Virus record (IMG/VR): IMGVR_UViG_3300027996_000008
Source of the DNA: a virus
Length of the DNA: 30,089 nt
Direction: 5' to 3' (one strand)
Positions 1 through 9,478 of the stretch are shown here, one piece after another; positions within the stretch are counted from its first letter, which is position 1, and the number at the start of each line of letters is the position of its first letter. The notes beneath the pieces are model-generated. The model made no database searches. It was given only the letters and a program-made list of their open reading frames with translations, and had not been told where the DNA came from. Made by a program: the position numbers and the translations under genes.

Positions 1-89
1 ATTTTGAAAAAACATTGTTTGATATTGCAGATAAAAATAATATCTGTAGAGATAAAAATAATGGTTTTGAATGGATTTGAGGAGAAATT

Positions 90-329
90 ATGAAAAATAT
101 CTATTATTATCTTTCACTGCCATACACATTAGAAGTTATGGAAAATGAGGATGGATGGTTTGGTAGAGTTGTTGAACTAAAGGGTTGTATAGCGTGTGCA
201 GATACAAAAGATGAGGTAATTGAGATGTTAAAAGATGCAATGATTTGTTGGTTGGAAGTTGCAATTGACGATGGTTGTGAAATACCAGAACCAGATTTAG
301 ATTATTTAAATAATAGTCGAGTAAAATAA
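90..329 (+). CDS. hicB: HicB-family antitoxin-like protein (N-terminal domain only)
   Basis: Typical HicB pattern: Y..EV..NEDGWFGRVVELKGC.ACADT.DE...L.DAM..WLE....DG.EIPEP. RBS GAGGAG upstream. Confidence 0.8.
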   Translation: MKNIYYYLSLPYTLEVMENEDGWFGRVVELKGCIACADTKDEVIEMLKDAMICWLEVAIDDGCEIPEPDLDYLNNSRVK

Positions 330-367
330 ATAAGTTAGATTAAAGTAAATATATTGGAGGATTCAGT

Positions 368-1300
368 TTGAAAGAAAAGTATGTTGGGCTAAGTAGTAGA
401 ATTAGAGAAGATTTAAAATCATTAACAAAAGCAGATTTGAAAGAAAAGTTTGATGAGTATAGGTCTGTTTACCCTGATTTAAAGTATTCAACATTTGAAA
501 GAACCATCAGACGTGCATATAATGATATGTATGTTGATGAAACAGATGTTAATAAAGTTAAGAAAGAGAAAGAGTTATCTAGAGAAGATATGAAAAAATT
601 ATCAAACACAGATACACCAACAATAATTTATGAAAATGAGGTTGTTGGTGTTATAGGTGATTGTCATTTTCCTTTTTGTAGAGAAGGATATTTAGAGTTT
701 TGTTATAATATATTTAAAAAAGAAGGGGTTACAACAATTGCAAACATTGGAGATCTTGTGGATTTTCATGCACTTAGCAGATTTCAATCAGATCCATATG
801 CAGAAGATGGTGTTACTGAATATGAAAAAGCATTAAAAAATGTACAAAGATTTAAGAAAATATTTAAAGAATGGGATAAAAAATTTATAACACTTGGAAA
901 TCATGATAGAATTCCTATTAGACAAGCTGCAACATTGGGATTGCCTGGTTTTATGGTTAGATCTTTTAAAGAATTATTTCAACTTGATGATTGGGAAATT
1001 TGTACATCAAAAACTATAGATGGAACAGAATACAGACATGGCGAAAAATGCACATCGACACTCTTGACAGCACAGAGAATCAGAAAGAATCTCGTGTGTG
1101 GTCACAGTCATTCTAAAGCAGACATTCAGACTCATGCTAATTGTGACTCGCTCATATGGGGCATGCACATAGGATGTGGCGTTGATGATAAAAAATTGGC
1201 ATTTGCTTATGGTAAAGATGAAGTTCATAAAAGTGTTATTTCATGTGCGACTATTCATTTAGGCATTAGACCACAACTACATTTTATGAAGTTAGACTAA
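368..1300 (+). CDS. Calcineurin-like metallophosphoesterase with an N-terminal helical extension
   Basis: Motifs GDCH, GDLVD, GNHD, HG and GHSH in canonical order. GGAGG RBS before a TTG start. Confidence 0.85.
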   Translation: MKEKYVGLSSRIREDLKSLTKADLKEKFDEYRSVYPDLKYSTFERTIRRAYNDMYVDETDVNKVKKEKELSREDMKKLSNTDTPTIIYENEVVGVIGDCHFPFCREGYLEFCYNIFKKEGVTTIANIGDLVDFHALSRFQSDPYAEDGVTEYEKALKNVQRFKKIFKEWDKKFITLGNHDRIPIRQAATLGLPGFMVRSFKELFQLDDWEICTSKTIDGTEYRHGEKCTSTLLTAQRIRKNLVCGHSHSKADIQTHANCDSLIWGMHIGCGVDDKKLAFAYGKDEVHKSVISCATIHLGIRPQLHFMKLD

Positions 1301-1302
1301 TA

Positions 1303-1608
1303 ATGAAAATAAACAATTTAATTCTATTATTTCTACTATCACTAATGAATTCTGCAGATGCATTTTTCACAGCTCTATATCTAGACCTAAATAAAATAAA
1401 TGAAACAAACCCAATGATAGGCATAATTATTGAACATTTCGGGTTGGTTAATATGATCATTTTCAAAATATTTTTTGTTTCATCTATTATTATACTGTTA
1501 ATTCCATTTCGTAATCATAAATTAGCAAAGAAAGGTATAACCTTTACATTTTTGATATATTACACGTTGATGATTTGGCAATTGATTTTAACATATTTCT
1601 TAATATAA
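1303..1608 (+). CDS. Small multi-pass membrane protein, DUF5658-like
   Basis: Three hydrophobic segments and an N.AD.FFT...E.NP motif. Confidence 0.55.
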   Translation: MKINNLILLFLLSLMNSADAFFTALYLDLNKINETNPMIGIIIEHFGLVNMIIFKIFFVSSIIILLIPFRNHKLAKKGITFTFLIYYTLMIWQLILTYFLI

Positions 1609-1660
1609 TCAAATTACATGAAGCAATTGATGAGTTGAATGAACATTTTTAAAAATGTTC

Positions 1661-1689
1661 TTGACTTTTTGTTTGACATCATTTATAAT
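1661..1689 (+). promoter_or_regulatory. Sigma70-type (early) promoter
   Basis: TTGACT-17 bp-TATAAT, immediately preceded by the perfect palindrome GAACATTTTTAAAAATGTTC (1641-1660). Confidence 0.8.
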
Positions 1690-1729
1690 AGTAGTTGTGG
1701 GTTGTTACTTTAGAAAAAGGAGAATCTAA

Positions 1730-2185
1730 ATGATAAAATCAATAAAGAGATTTAACGACTCGATTGATGAATTAATGTTAGATGATTCTCAAGTCGAGAT
1801 AAAAAGGATTCTTAGAAATCATCAAAAGAATCCAAATGATGATACACTATTAGATGTAATAATTAAAGACATTGATCTTATATTACAGCATGAAAGAATG
1901 TGTGATATAAGAAAGACATTAAAGCAGCATGAACGTTTAATGAAAAAGATGAGCGTTAATATTGTTGGTGGTTTATTGTGCACTAATTCAAACATGAGAA
2001 GGTTAATTCTTTCATACATGAACGTAATTAATCAGCGGATAAGATGGTTTGATATTGAAATTCAAAACCATGATAAAATAATAGTAAAATCAATAAAAAT
2101 AAAAAAAGAATTAACACCAAAAAGAAAAAAGACATTTAAAGATATATGGAATGTGTTTAAAAAAATAATAAGAGGAGAATTTTAA
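1730..2185 (+). CDS. Hypothetical protein
   Basis: ORF with AGGAG RBS, first gene after the promoter. Confidence 0.7.
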   Translation: MIKSIKRFNDSIDELMLDDSQVEIKRILRNHQKNPNDDTLLDVIIKDIDLILQHERMCDIRKTLKQHERLMKKMSVNIVGGLLCTNSNMRRLILSYMNVINQRIRWFDIEIQNHDKIIVKSIKIKKELTPKRKKTFKDIWNVFKKIIRGEF

Positions 2186-2433
2186 TGATTATAACATTTA
2201 TTAAAGATGATTTTTATGCTGGTTGTGATATAATATTAAGTTTTGAAGTCTTAGAAGATGGTTATGCATTGAATTCAATAGAAAGTTTAGGGTTTTCAAA
2301 ATATTTTATTGAAAATAATTTTATAGATATACAAATTTTTAAGGAACTTATTAATCAAAAAGTTGTATTGAGTAAATACCAGATGCTACAGCTTACATAT
2401 ATTCATGATTTTCGTGAGGCGAATAATAAGTGA
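2185..2433 (+). CDS. Hypothetical protein
   Basis: GAGGAG RBS and TAATG stop/start overlap. Confidence 0.65.
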   Translation: MIITFIKDDFYAGCDIILSFEVLEDGYALNSIESLGFSKYFIENNFIDIQIFKELINQKVVLSKYQMLQLTYIHDFREANNK

Positions 2434-2462
2434 ATTAATTTTAATACTAAAGGAGATTTAAA

Positions 2463-2672
2463 ATGTTGAAATTAATAAAATTAAACACAGCAATTAAGAA
2501 TTATATAATTTTAAATAAAAAAATTCTTGATTGTGAAAATCAGAAAAAAATTGTTGAAATGAAAATACATGAAGCTGAAATATTTAAAATTATCAACACA
2601 ATTGATGATCTAAGAAGATCAACAGGAATTAAACAAGAAAAAATAATGGAAATGATAGGAGAAGACAAATGA
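2463..2672 (+). CDS. Hypothetical protein ending GEDK
   Basis: AAGGAG RBS; ends in the GGAGAAGACAAATGA junction. Confidence 0.65.
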   Translation: MLKLIKLNTAIKNYIILNKKILDCENQKKIVEMKIHEAEIFKIINTIDDLRRSTGIKQEKIMEMIGEDK

Positions 2673-2920
2673 AAATTGAAACAAAACAAACAGAACTAAT
2701 TTTTGGAACAACAAAAGATCACATTTATCCACAACATTTTATCGGTTGTAAAAAATGTGGCGATGCATGTCCATTTGCAAAAAACACAATTGCTTTGATG
2801 ACTAAATCAGGTCAATCATATTTTCTTGATTTAGAAATATTGAAAACTGATCCAACTGAACCAGAAAAGGCGTTGAAAATGTTACAACCATGTAATAGAT
2901 TAGAAGAATCAGAGGATTGA
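2669..2920 (+). CDS. Hypothetical Cys-containing protein
   Basis: ATGA overlap; CKKC and CP motifs. Confidence 0.65.
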   Translation: MKIETKQTELIFGTTKDHIYPQHFIGCKKCGDACPFAKNTIALMTKSGQSYFLDLEILKTDPTEPEKALKMLQPCNRLEESED

Positions 2921-2928
2921 AATAAATT

Positions 2929-3156
2929 ATGATGAACAATGATATGAATGTATGGAGTATGGTTATTGGTGGTTTAATAATATTATTTTTAGGATTTTTG
3001 ATAATTAAACTCAAAAATAATAATATAAATGAATACAAAAATAAATTAAAGTGTGAAATGATTGCTAAAAACGAATGTGTTTACAATGAGGATTGGAAAA
3101 TGAGATTAAAGTGTGAAAAGAAAGTTTTTGATAAATGTATGAAAATTATTAAATAG
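2929..3156 (+). CDS. Small protein with an N-terminal transmembrane helix
   Basis: Hydrophobic VIGGLIILFLGFLII segment followed by four Cys. Confidence 0.6.
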   Translation: MMNNDMNVWSMVIGGLIILFLGFLIIKLKNNNINEYKNKLKCEMIAKNECVYNEDWKMRLKCEKKVFDKCMKIIK

Positions 3157-3166
3157 AGGAAAAGAA

Positions 3167-3436
3167 ATGGATAAAGCTAGAATAAAACATAGAATTGATA
3201 GAATCAAAAAGAAATTAGAAGATTATGATTTATCAAAACCAAATGAAAAATACAATTATGATGGCGGATTTAGTGTTGGATATCTGAAAGGAAAGTTAGC
3301 AGTTCTGGAAGATTTGCTTGATGAAGAAGATGATGAAGAATCGTCTGATTCTTCTTCGTGGATTTTTATTTGTGGAATGATGTCGGGAGTTGGAATATTA
3401 TTAATTACATTACAATTAATAGGACTTTTTATATAA
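3167..3436 (+). CDS. Hypothetical protein with a C-terminal transmembrane helix
   Basis: GAGG RBS; acidic linker followed by a hydrophobic tail. Confidence 0.65.
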   Translation: MDKARIKHRIDRIKKKLEDYDLSKPNEKYNYDGGFSVGYLKGKLAVLEDLLDEEDDEESSDSSSWIFICGMMSGVGILLITLQLIGLFI

Positions 3437-3526
3437 ACCTATACATTGCTATTCAAAAACTGTTTTTGTTTCTTAAATCGATTATATGAAAGCCACACAA
3501 CCATTTAAACATGTATTTCTTAACAA

Positions 3527-3534
3527 TATAAATA
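3527..3534 (+). promoter_or_regulatory. T4-type late promoter TATAAATA
   Basis: Exact T4 late consensus about 30 nt upstream of a baseplate-like gene. Confidence 0.6.
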
Positions 3535-3561
3535 ATAGAAACTATTGAATAGAGGAAAAAA

Positions 3562-4104
3562 ATGAATATTCCAAGATTATATTATGAATGTCAAATCCTT
3601 TCTAGTGATGGAAAAGGAAGATATAAAATAAAATTTCTAGAAAATGGATTTACACCAGATGTATATATTCAAGCAATTCAAACATCAGAAGGTGATGGAA
3701 AAGAAGGAGAACATGGAAAATATGGTGAAGATGATATTGTTATATTGTCATTTTTGGATTATCCACAAAGTCAAAAACCATTCATAGCTGGAAAATTTTC
3801 AGGTGAAACACAAAGATATGATGCAACTAGTCAGTCGACAATAATGTGGAAAGATCACACATTAATATTTAAAGATGATAGTTTAGAAATTTCGCATGAA
3901 GATGGAACTAAAATCACAATTGAAGCTGGAAAGATTAAACTTTCAAAAGAAGGTGCTTTTACAAAAATTAATTATGGTAATCAAGATATTATTGAAACGC
4001 TAGTAACTTTAATAGGTAATTTAGGATTTCCAATAGTTACAACACAAATATTAAATTTAATCGAAAATCAGAAAAATCTCACTAATACAATAACATTTGA
4101 ATAA
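3562..4104 (+). CDS. Baseplate spike/assembly protein, GpV/gp5 OB-fold-like
   Basis: D..GR.KIK...D.V.L.FLD....KPFI.G pattern, then beta-repeat segments (SLEISHEDGTKITIEAGKIKL). Confidence 0.6.
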   Translation: MNIPRLYYECQILSSDGKGRYKIKFLENGFTPDVYIQAIQTSEGDGKEGEHGKYGEDDIVILSFLDYPQSQKPFIAGKFSGETQRYDATSQSTIMWKDHTLIFKDDSLEISHEDGTKITIEAGKIKLSKEGAFTKINYGNQDIIETLVTLIGNLGFPIVTTQILNLIENQKNLTNTITFE

Positions 4105-4118
4105 CAAGGAGTGATAAA

Positions 4119-4589
4119 ATGTTAAAAATATCTGATTTTATAGACACAATATTCTTACAAACAGAATCCGAATACACAGAATTTAAACAGGAAATTGATT
4201 TAATTGGTTATGAAATAATAGATGCAATTGCTGATTTATATAAAACTTTATCGTTACCAATACCAGCACCAAATTATGAAGAAATATTTTTTGATGCAAT
4301 ACCAGAAGAATCATTATTAAGAGATAATACATTATTAGGTTATTATATTGTTACTAGTTTAGCAAGTGGATTTACAGCATCACAAGGACTAGCAGAAACA
4401 TATTTAAAAATTCCATCAATACCACCTTACCCATATATTTCATTGACTGTAAAAACAACAATGGATTCTGTTATAAATGCATTTTTAAATACCCAAGGAT
4501 TAACACCAACAACGGAAGTTGGAAAATTAACTCTTGCATTTGATAATTTTGTTGCTGAAGCATATTTAACAACATCACCATCATCTTAA
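4119..4589 (+). CDS. Hypothetical protein, probably virion-associated
   Basis: AAGGAG RBS; co-oriented behind the baseplate gene; acidic, structural-type composition. Confidence 0.55.
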   Translation: MLKISDFIDTIFLQTESEYTEFKQEIDLIGYEIIDAIADLYKTLSLPIPAPNYEEIFFDAIPEESLLRDNTLLGYYIVTSLASGFTASQGLAETYLKIPSIPPYPYISLTVKTTMDSVINAFLNTQGLTPTTEVGKLTLAFDNFVAEAYLTTSPSS

Positions 4590-4607
4590 ATTTTTTTAAA
4601 AAATCTC

Positions 4608-4636
4608 TTGACATTTATTTTTAGATCGATTATAAT
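4608..4636 (+). promoter_or_regulatory. Sigma70-type (early) promoter
   Basis: TTGACA-17 bp-TATAAT, perfect consensus. Confidence 0.85.
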
Positions 4637-4675
4637 AGTAATTGTGAGTTGTTAATTTTTTGAAAGGAGATTGAA

Positions 4676-5125
4676 ATGAGTATTGGTATAAATCTTAATA
4701 AGTGTTTTGGAAATTGCAAGAAATGCTCTCACTTTTATATGAGTGATTATAGTTGTCTAGCAGAAGATGATAGTTGTTTTACTCAAATTAAAAGCAAAGA
4801 TGCTCTCAAAATAGTGAGAGCAAATAAAATAAGAAAAGACAAGTTGGAACATCTACACAAGATGTTCCCAGAATTAAAAGCTCAACTAGAGGAGGAGAAA
4901 TTGACAAAGAAAGAAATTGACAAACTCATGAAAGATCTTTCGGACAACGCACAAGATCCTTTATTAGAGAGTGACAAAGCCATTATCGAACTATATAAAG
5001 ATAATTGCAAATTGAAGGAAGGAATTACTGATTTGTTAGATTATCTTGAAATGGTTGGTCTAACTGGAAAAAGTTATTCAAAGGCTTTAAAATTATTAAA
5101 TGAATTAAATGGAGAAGACAAATGA
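4676..5125 (+). CDS. Hypothetical protein with a Cys-rich N-terminus, ending GEDK
   Basis: AAGGAG RBS; C..NCKKC...C...C pattern. Confidence 0.7.
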   Translation: MSIGINLNKCFGNCKKCSHFYMSDYSCLAEDDSCFTQIKSKDALKIVRANKIRKDKLEHLHKMFPELKAQLEEEKLTKKEIDKLMKDLSDNAQDPLLESDKAIIELYKDNCKLKEGITDLLDYLEMVGLTGKSYSKALKLLNELNGEDK

Positions 5126-5421
5126 GTGAATTAAAATCAAGAAAAGTAGAAGAAGAATTAGCAAAAGAATGTGTAAAAATTTTAGAGAAAAGAACGAAAG
5201 AAACAACACGTGGAAATGTGTTGATGACACTAAAAGAATTTAAAACTCTATTGAGTTCAATTCCAGATGAAGATGGAGCTGGAGAAATCGAAGTCAGTGT
5301 TGATTTAATTTATGAATATAGTGAAACATACAAAGATATGGAAATGGTGTTAAACTCTATGAAATTTGTTAATCTGTTTGAAAGAGAATTACAAGATAAT
5401 GAATCTGATTCGATTGTATAG
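5122..5421 (+). CDS. Hypothetical protein
   Basis: ATGA overlap with a GGAG RBS. Confidence 0.65.
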   Translation: MSELKSRKVEEELAKECVKILEKRTKETTRGNVLMTLKEFKTLLSSIPDEDGAGEIEVSVDLIYEYSETYKDMEMVLNSMKFVNLFERELQDNESDSIV

Positions 5422-5476
5422 AAATTGGGAAAAGAGTTAAACTTAAAGGTTGTTAATTGTTTCTAAGGAGATTAAA

Positions 5477-6169
5477 ATGAAATCTAGAATTGAATGTTTA
5501 AAAAATAAAATAGATATTCAAGTAGAAAAAAAGAAGATTTTAAGGAAAAAGTTGAAAAACACCAAAAACATATTCATTAATAAAGGGCATTCTAGAGATT
5601 CTTATTATAGATATATATCGAGAAAAATTTTTAAAAGATCTGATGGTTGGGGTTTATATACTACATTTTTGAATATTATTAGGACAACTCCAAAAAAATG
5701 GATGTCTAAAAATAAAATTAAAGAAATTTTAGAAAAAGATATGCAGAAAATAATAAAATTTGAGATTAATTATTGTAATTCGGAGATAAGAGAATTAAAA
5801 TGTTTAATAAAAAATTTAGAGGAAAAAGAATTTAAAGATAAAATCAAAGAAAAAGAAGAAAATAAGATTATAAAACTTCTTAATTTAAAATCTATAGCTA
5901 TTAATATTGATAAATATCACATATTAAAGTATAAACTTCTTGATTATAAACACGGATTTATTATAAAAATTTTCAAAGAAAACAATATTATTGGTAGTGT
6001 TTGTGTTACATTTTATAAAGAATCAGAAAGTCCTGAATTTTATATTGATGTTTTTGAATATGTTGATGATATTTTCTTAACATTTGATAAAATTCAAAAA
6101 CATCTTAATAATATTATAGATGAAAGATTTAAAAAACAACTATTTAAAATAAAAGGAGAAGACAAATGA
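5477..6169 (+). CDS. Hypothetical Lys-rich protein ending GEDK
   Basis: Start moved to the ATG at 5477 behind TAAGGAG. Confidence 0.65.
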   Translation: MKSRIECLKNKIDIQVEKKKILRKKLKNTKNIFINKGHSRDSYYRYISRKIFKRSDGWGLYTTFLNIIRTTPKKWMSKNKIKEILEKDMQKIIKFEINYCNSEIRELKCLIKNLEEKEFKDKIKEKEENKIIKLLNLKSIAINIDKYHILKYKLLDYKHGFIIKIFKENNIIGSVCVTFYKESESPEFYIDVFEYVDDIFLTFDKIQKHLNNIIDERFKKQLFKIKGEDK

Positions 6170-6363
6170 ACTTTGACAAAACAGAACTTAAAAAAGTATT
6201 AATGGAAAGAGATGAACTAACATCTTTTGAAGCAGAAGAACTGATTCAGGATTGTCTTGATGATCTTGATGAAAGATTAGCACTTGGAGAATTGCCTGAA
6301 GATATTATGAGCGAATATTTTGGTCTAGAACCAGATTTTCTTTTTTCGTTTTTATTTTCTTAA
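6166..6363 (+). CDS. Small acidic hypothetical phage protein
   Basis: ATGA overlap; LMERD...EA.ELI...EDI..EYFGLEPD pattern. Confidence 0.7.
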   Translation: MNFDKTELKKVLMERDELTSFEAEELIQDCLDDLDERLALGELPEDIMSEYFGLEPDFLFSFLFS

Positions 6364-6654
6364 ACTTTCATTCTCTTTATTTTTAATTTTCAGATGCTTC
6401 TCAATGCACTTCATTCTTTCTTTCAACTGCTTAAACAATTTAATTGCTTTTTCATTGTTTCTAATTTGAATTTGCATGTTTTCTTCTTCAGATTTTTTAA
6501 TATCTAATAATTCATATTCAGGATTTTCAACTTTTGGACACATTATATCTGGAATTTTGTATTTTATTATAATTCTAGGTTTGCAAGTCTCACAACTAGT
6601 AATAATTAAGACTGAAAATACCAATAAAATCAATGCTTTCATAATTTCCTCCAC
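6352..6654 (-). CDS. Lipoprotein, putative o-spanin (Rz1-like)
   Basis: Signal MKALILLVFSVLIITS-C with lipobox-like Cys, Pro-containing segment (IPDIMCPKVENP), then coiled coil with Cys. Likely true start at MKAL (6642). Confidence 0.6.
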   Translation of the reverse strand: MEEIMKALILLVFSVLIITSCETCKPRIIIKYKIPDIMCPKVENPEYELLDIKKSEEENMQIQIRNNEKAIKLFKQLKERMKCIEKHLKIKNKENESLRK

Positions 6655-6671
6655 TTTTTTATAAAAATCTA

Positions 6672-6700
6672 TTGACTTTATTTATTTTATATGCGATAAT
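6672..6700 (+). promoter_or_regulatory. Sigma70-type promoter
   Basis: TTGACT-17 bp-GATAAT with an extended TG. Confidence 0.65.
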
Positions 6701-6759
6701 AGTAAATATAGAGTTGAGTTAGTTCAGCTCAGTTGTTAATTAATTTAAGGAGAATTATC

Positions 6760-7200
6760 ATGAGCGAAAACAAATTAGATGAAAAGAAAATAGAAGGAAT
6801 AGTATTCCTAGATGAATGTAGTGTATATTCAGATGATGAACTTGAAAAAGTTCATCATTCTATAGTAAAAGGAATTAAAAGTTCAGATGAATTAGATATT
6901 GAGGTTGTTGATGTGCCCTTAACAGAATTGAATGAAGAAGACATAAAAGAAAAACACTATCTTATATATGAATGGGATTGTGCTGATGAATTTGATCAAA
7001 CAATTCATGAATTTGAAAACGAAGAAGACATGAAAGCATTTTGGGAATTTGCTCAAATTGCTGATGATGAACTCGAATTGGTTTGCTTTATGAAGGGAAC
7101 AATTCATCAAACAAGCAAATGGTTTTATCGTGAAGATAAAAGAAAGAAAAGAGATTTGATTGAATCATTTATAAAACAAGAAGAAAGGAGAATAAGATGA
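6760..7200 (+). CDS. Acidic hypothetical protein
   Basis: Start moved to the ATG at 6760 behind TAAGGAG. Confidence 0.7.
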   Translation: MSENKLDEKKIEGIVFLDECSVYSDDELEKVHHSIVKGIKSSDELDIEVVDVPLTELNEEDIKEKHYLIYEWDCADEFDQTIHEFENEEDMKAFWEFAQIADDELELVCFMKGTIHQTSKWFYREDKRKKRDLIESFIKQEERRIR

Positions 7201-7751
7201 ATACTTGCAAAAATAGAAAAGGATGTCATCGCAACGACATCAATAAAATTGATGAACATATTATTAAATATAGAAAAGAAATTAACGATACAAATGTGAA
7301 GATAAAAGAACTTAAAAAGGCTAAGAAAATTCAAAATTTAGCAGTTCAAGAAATAATCAAGGATCAAATAAAAGAACTTAAAAAAGAACTTAAATGGTTA
7401 AATCTTTTTTTACGCACAAAAGAAAAAGACAAAAAAGAATTAGAAATCTTTGATGTCATTGATTTAAAAGAAAAAGAAAAATGTAATAAAATAATTGAAG
7501 GTTCAATTGTAATTGAACCAATGATAATAAGTATTAAAAATGACTATTTTATTATTGAATATAAAATAATTGAAAGTTCAAAACATTCTTTATTATCAAT
7601 AAGTATTAAAAATGATGAAAAAAATATAATTGCTAATTTTTTGAATTCAAAACATGTTGATATAGGAGTTAAGATATTAAAATATTTAAGTTGTGATCAA
7701 TTTTATCAGGATTATGAAAAAGAATTAAAAGAATTAAATGAGGGAGAATAA
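7197..7751 (+). CDS. Hypothetical protein with coiled-coil N-terminus
   Basis: AAGGAG RBS and ATGA overlap. Confidence 0.65.
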   Translation: MNTCKNRKGCHRNDINKIDEHIIKYRKEINDTNVKIKELKKAKKIQNLAVQEIIKDQIKELKKELKWLNLFLRTKEKDKKELEIFDVIDLKEKEKCNKIIEGSIVIEPMIISIKNDYFIIEYKIIESSKHSLLSISIKNDEKNIIANFLNSKHVDIGVKILKYLSCDQFYQDYEKELKELNEGE

Positions 7752-7752
7752 A

Positions 7753-7989
7753 ATGAGAAAATATATAAACTTAGATGTAGAAATATCTGTAGCTGATGTG
7801 CTTGATGAATTAACAGATGAAGAAAACATGCAACTTTATAAAGATCTGAAAGAATCTTATGTAGATAAAGAATTTAATTTTGAAACTATTGGAAATCTAT
7901 CAGAATCAGAACTATATCAGATAGCAAGTAATTTAAATAGTAATCAAGTAGAAAATTTGAAAAGAATAATAAAAATTCTTGACAAATAG
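7753..7989 (+). CDS. Hypothetical protein
   Basis: GGGAG RBS before the ATG at 7753. Confidence 0.65.
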   Translation: MRKYINLDVEISVADVLDELTDEENMQLYKDLKESYVDKEFNFETIGNLSESELYQIASNLNSNQVENLKRIIKILDK

Positions 7990-8006
7990 AAAAAAGTAAG
8001 TATAAT
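7979..8006 (+). promoter_or_regulatory. Sigma70-type promoter
   Basis: TTGACA-16 bp-TATAAT upstream of the AAA ATPase. Confidence 0.65.
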
Positions 8007-8067
8007 ATAACAGCAAATCGTTCATTTTATAAAAAATTAAGTATTAACTATTAAAGAGGAAAAAGAA

Positions 8068-9465
8068 ATGAAAATTAGCAAAATCAAAAAAGCAGTCAGA
8101 TTATTACTTTCAAAAAAAGGTGCTCCAGTTCCTTTCATCAAGGGATTTCCAGGGATTGGAAAATCTCAACTAGTAAAACAAATAGCTGTAAAAGATTATG
8201 ATGGCAAAATGATTGATTGTAGACTCAGTCAGTTCATGTCTGAAGATCTAAAAGGGATTCCAAAAGTAGATCTTGAAGACCGTGTGATGAGATGGTTTGC
8301 ACCAGACATGTTTCCTCTAGAAGGATCAACTGTTTTTGCACCAGATTCAAAAGGAATTCTATTTTTTGATGAAATTAATAGAGCAATGCCAGATGTTCTT
8401 CAGGCAGTTTTTCAGCTTGTTCTAGATAGATGCATTGGAGAAAAGGGTTTGCTTCCTGGTTGGAAGATAATCTGTGCAGGAAACCTTGGAAGTGAGGATG
8501 GAACAAATGTTAATGATTTAGATTCAGCTCTAAGAAATAGATTTGCTGAATTCACAGTGGATGTTAATTTAGGTGATTTCATGCTATGGGCCAATAAAGC
8601 TGGAATCAGAGAAGAGATCACTGGATATCTGAATCAACATGCTGATAAACTTCATGTAAAACCAGATTTAACCTCTAATATGGATAGACATATAACACCA
8701 AGATCATGGGAATTTCTACACAATTCACTTGAGGGAATTGAAGAAAGAGATGAACTATTAGAAGCAATTGATCTAATTGGTGTTTCAATTTTAGATGCAA
8801 ACATCTCTGCTGAATTCAGAGATTATGTAAAAAGCACATTGATATCTGGAAGAATGATTTTGAATGATTATGATAGTTATAAAGAAACATTGTTGAAAAT
8901 GCAGAAGGATAGACACTTGACTAATAGAATCAATGAAGGCATAAAACAATATATTATCAAAACTCCTGTAACAGAAGTTGAAGATAAAATATTCAACAAT
9001 CTAGCCAAATATATGACTGAAATCATTTCACATGATAAAGATTTTCAGTTGGGCTTGGTCAAATATTGTTCAACAAAAGAAAACAACACTATTGTTTTCG
9101 AAATGACTGAAGAGGAAGAAAAATTGAATCCTGCGGATCAACCATGTGGTAATAATGGTTCATTGTTTTTTGATAAATTTTTTGATTTCAATGAAACAAC
9201 AATTGAACTACACAAAGAACTCGTGAAAATATATGAAAAACCTGTGAAAGCTGAAATCACAGACAAAATGTTGAAAGCTGGTCCAAAATTGCTTCCAACA
9301 CTTGAAGATCTAATTGAAAAAGGAGAAATAACAAGACAAAATGCTGATCCGTTTCTTCAGACATTAGAAGAGATTGTTGAAGAGAATCTTGAAAATGGTG
9401 TTATAAAAAAGGTCACAAAATATAAAAAACTTCTTGATGATTTGAAAGCAAGACCAACAGTTTAA
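8068..9465 (+). CDS. MoxR-like AAA+ ATPase
   Basis: Walker A GFPGIGKS, DLKGIP, Walker B ILFFDEINRA, sensor AGN, arginine finger ALRNRF, TPRSWE. Confidence 0.9.
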   Translation: MKISKIKKAVRLLLSKKGAPVPFIKGFPGIGKSQLVKQIAVKDYDGKMIDCRLSQFMSEDLKGIPKVDLEDRVMRWFAPDMFPLEGSTVFAPDSKGILFFDEINRAMPDVLQAVFQLVLDRCIGEKGLLPGWKIICAGNLGSEDGTNVNDLDSALRNRFAEFTVDVNLGDFMLWANKAGIREEITGYLNQHADKLHVKPDLTSNMDRHITPRSWEFLHNSLEGIEERDELLEAIDLIGVSILDANISAEFRDYVKSTLISGRMILNDYDSYKETLLKMQKDRHLTNRINEGIKQYIIKTPVTEVEDKIFNNLAKYMTEIISHDKDFQLGLVKYCSTKENNTIVFEMTEEEEKLNPADQPCGNNGSLFFDKFFDFNETTIELHKELVKIYEKPVKAEITDKMLKAGPKLLPTLEDLIEKGEITRQNADPFLQTLEEIVEENLENGVIKKVTKYKKLLDDLKARPTV

Positions 9466-9478
9466 GAGGAATTAGAAA

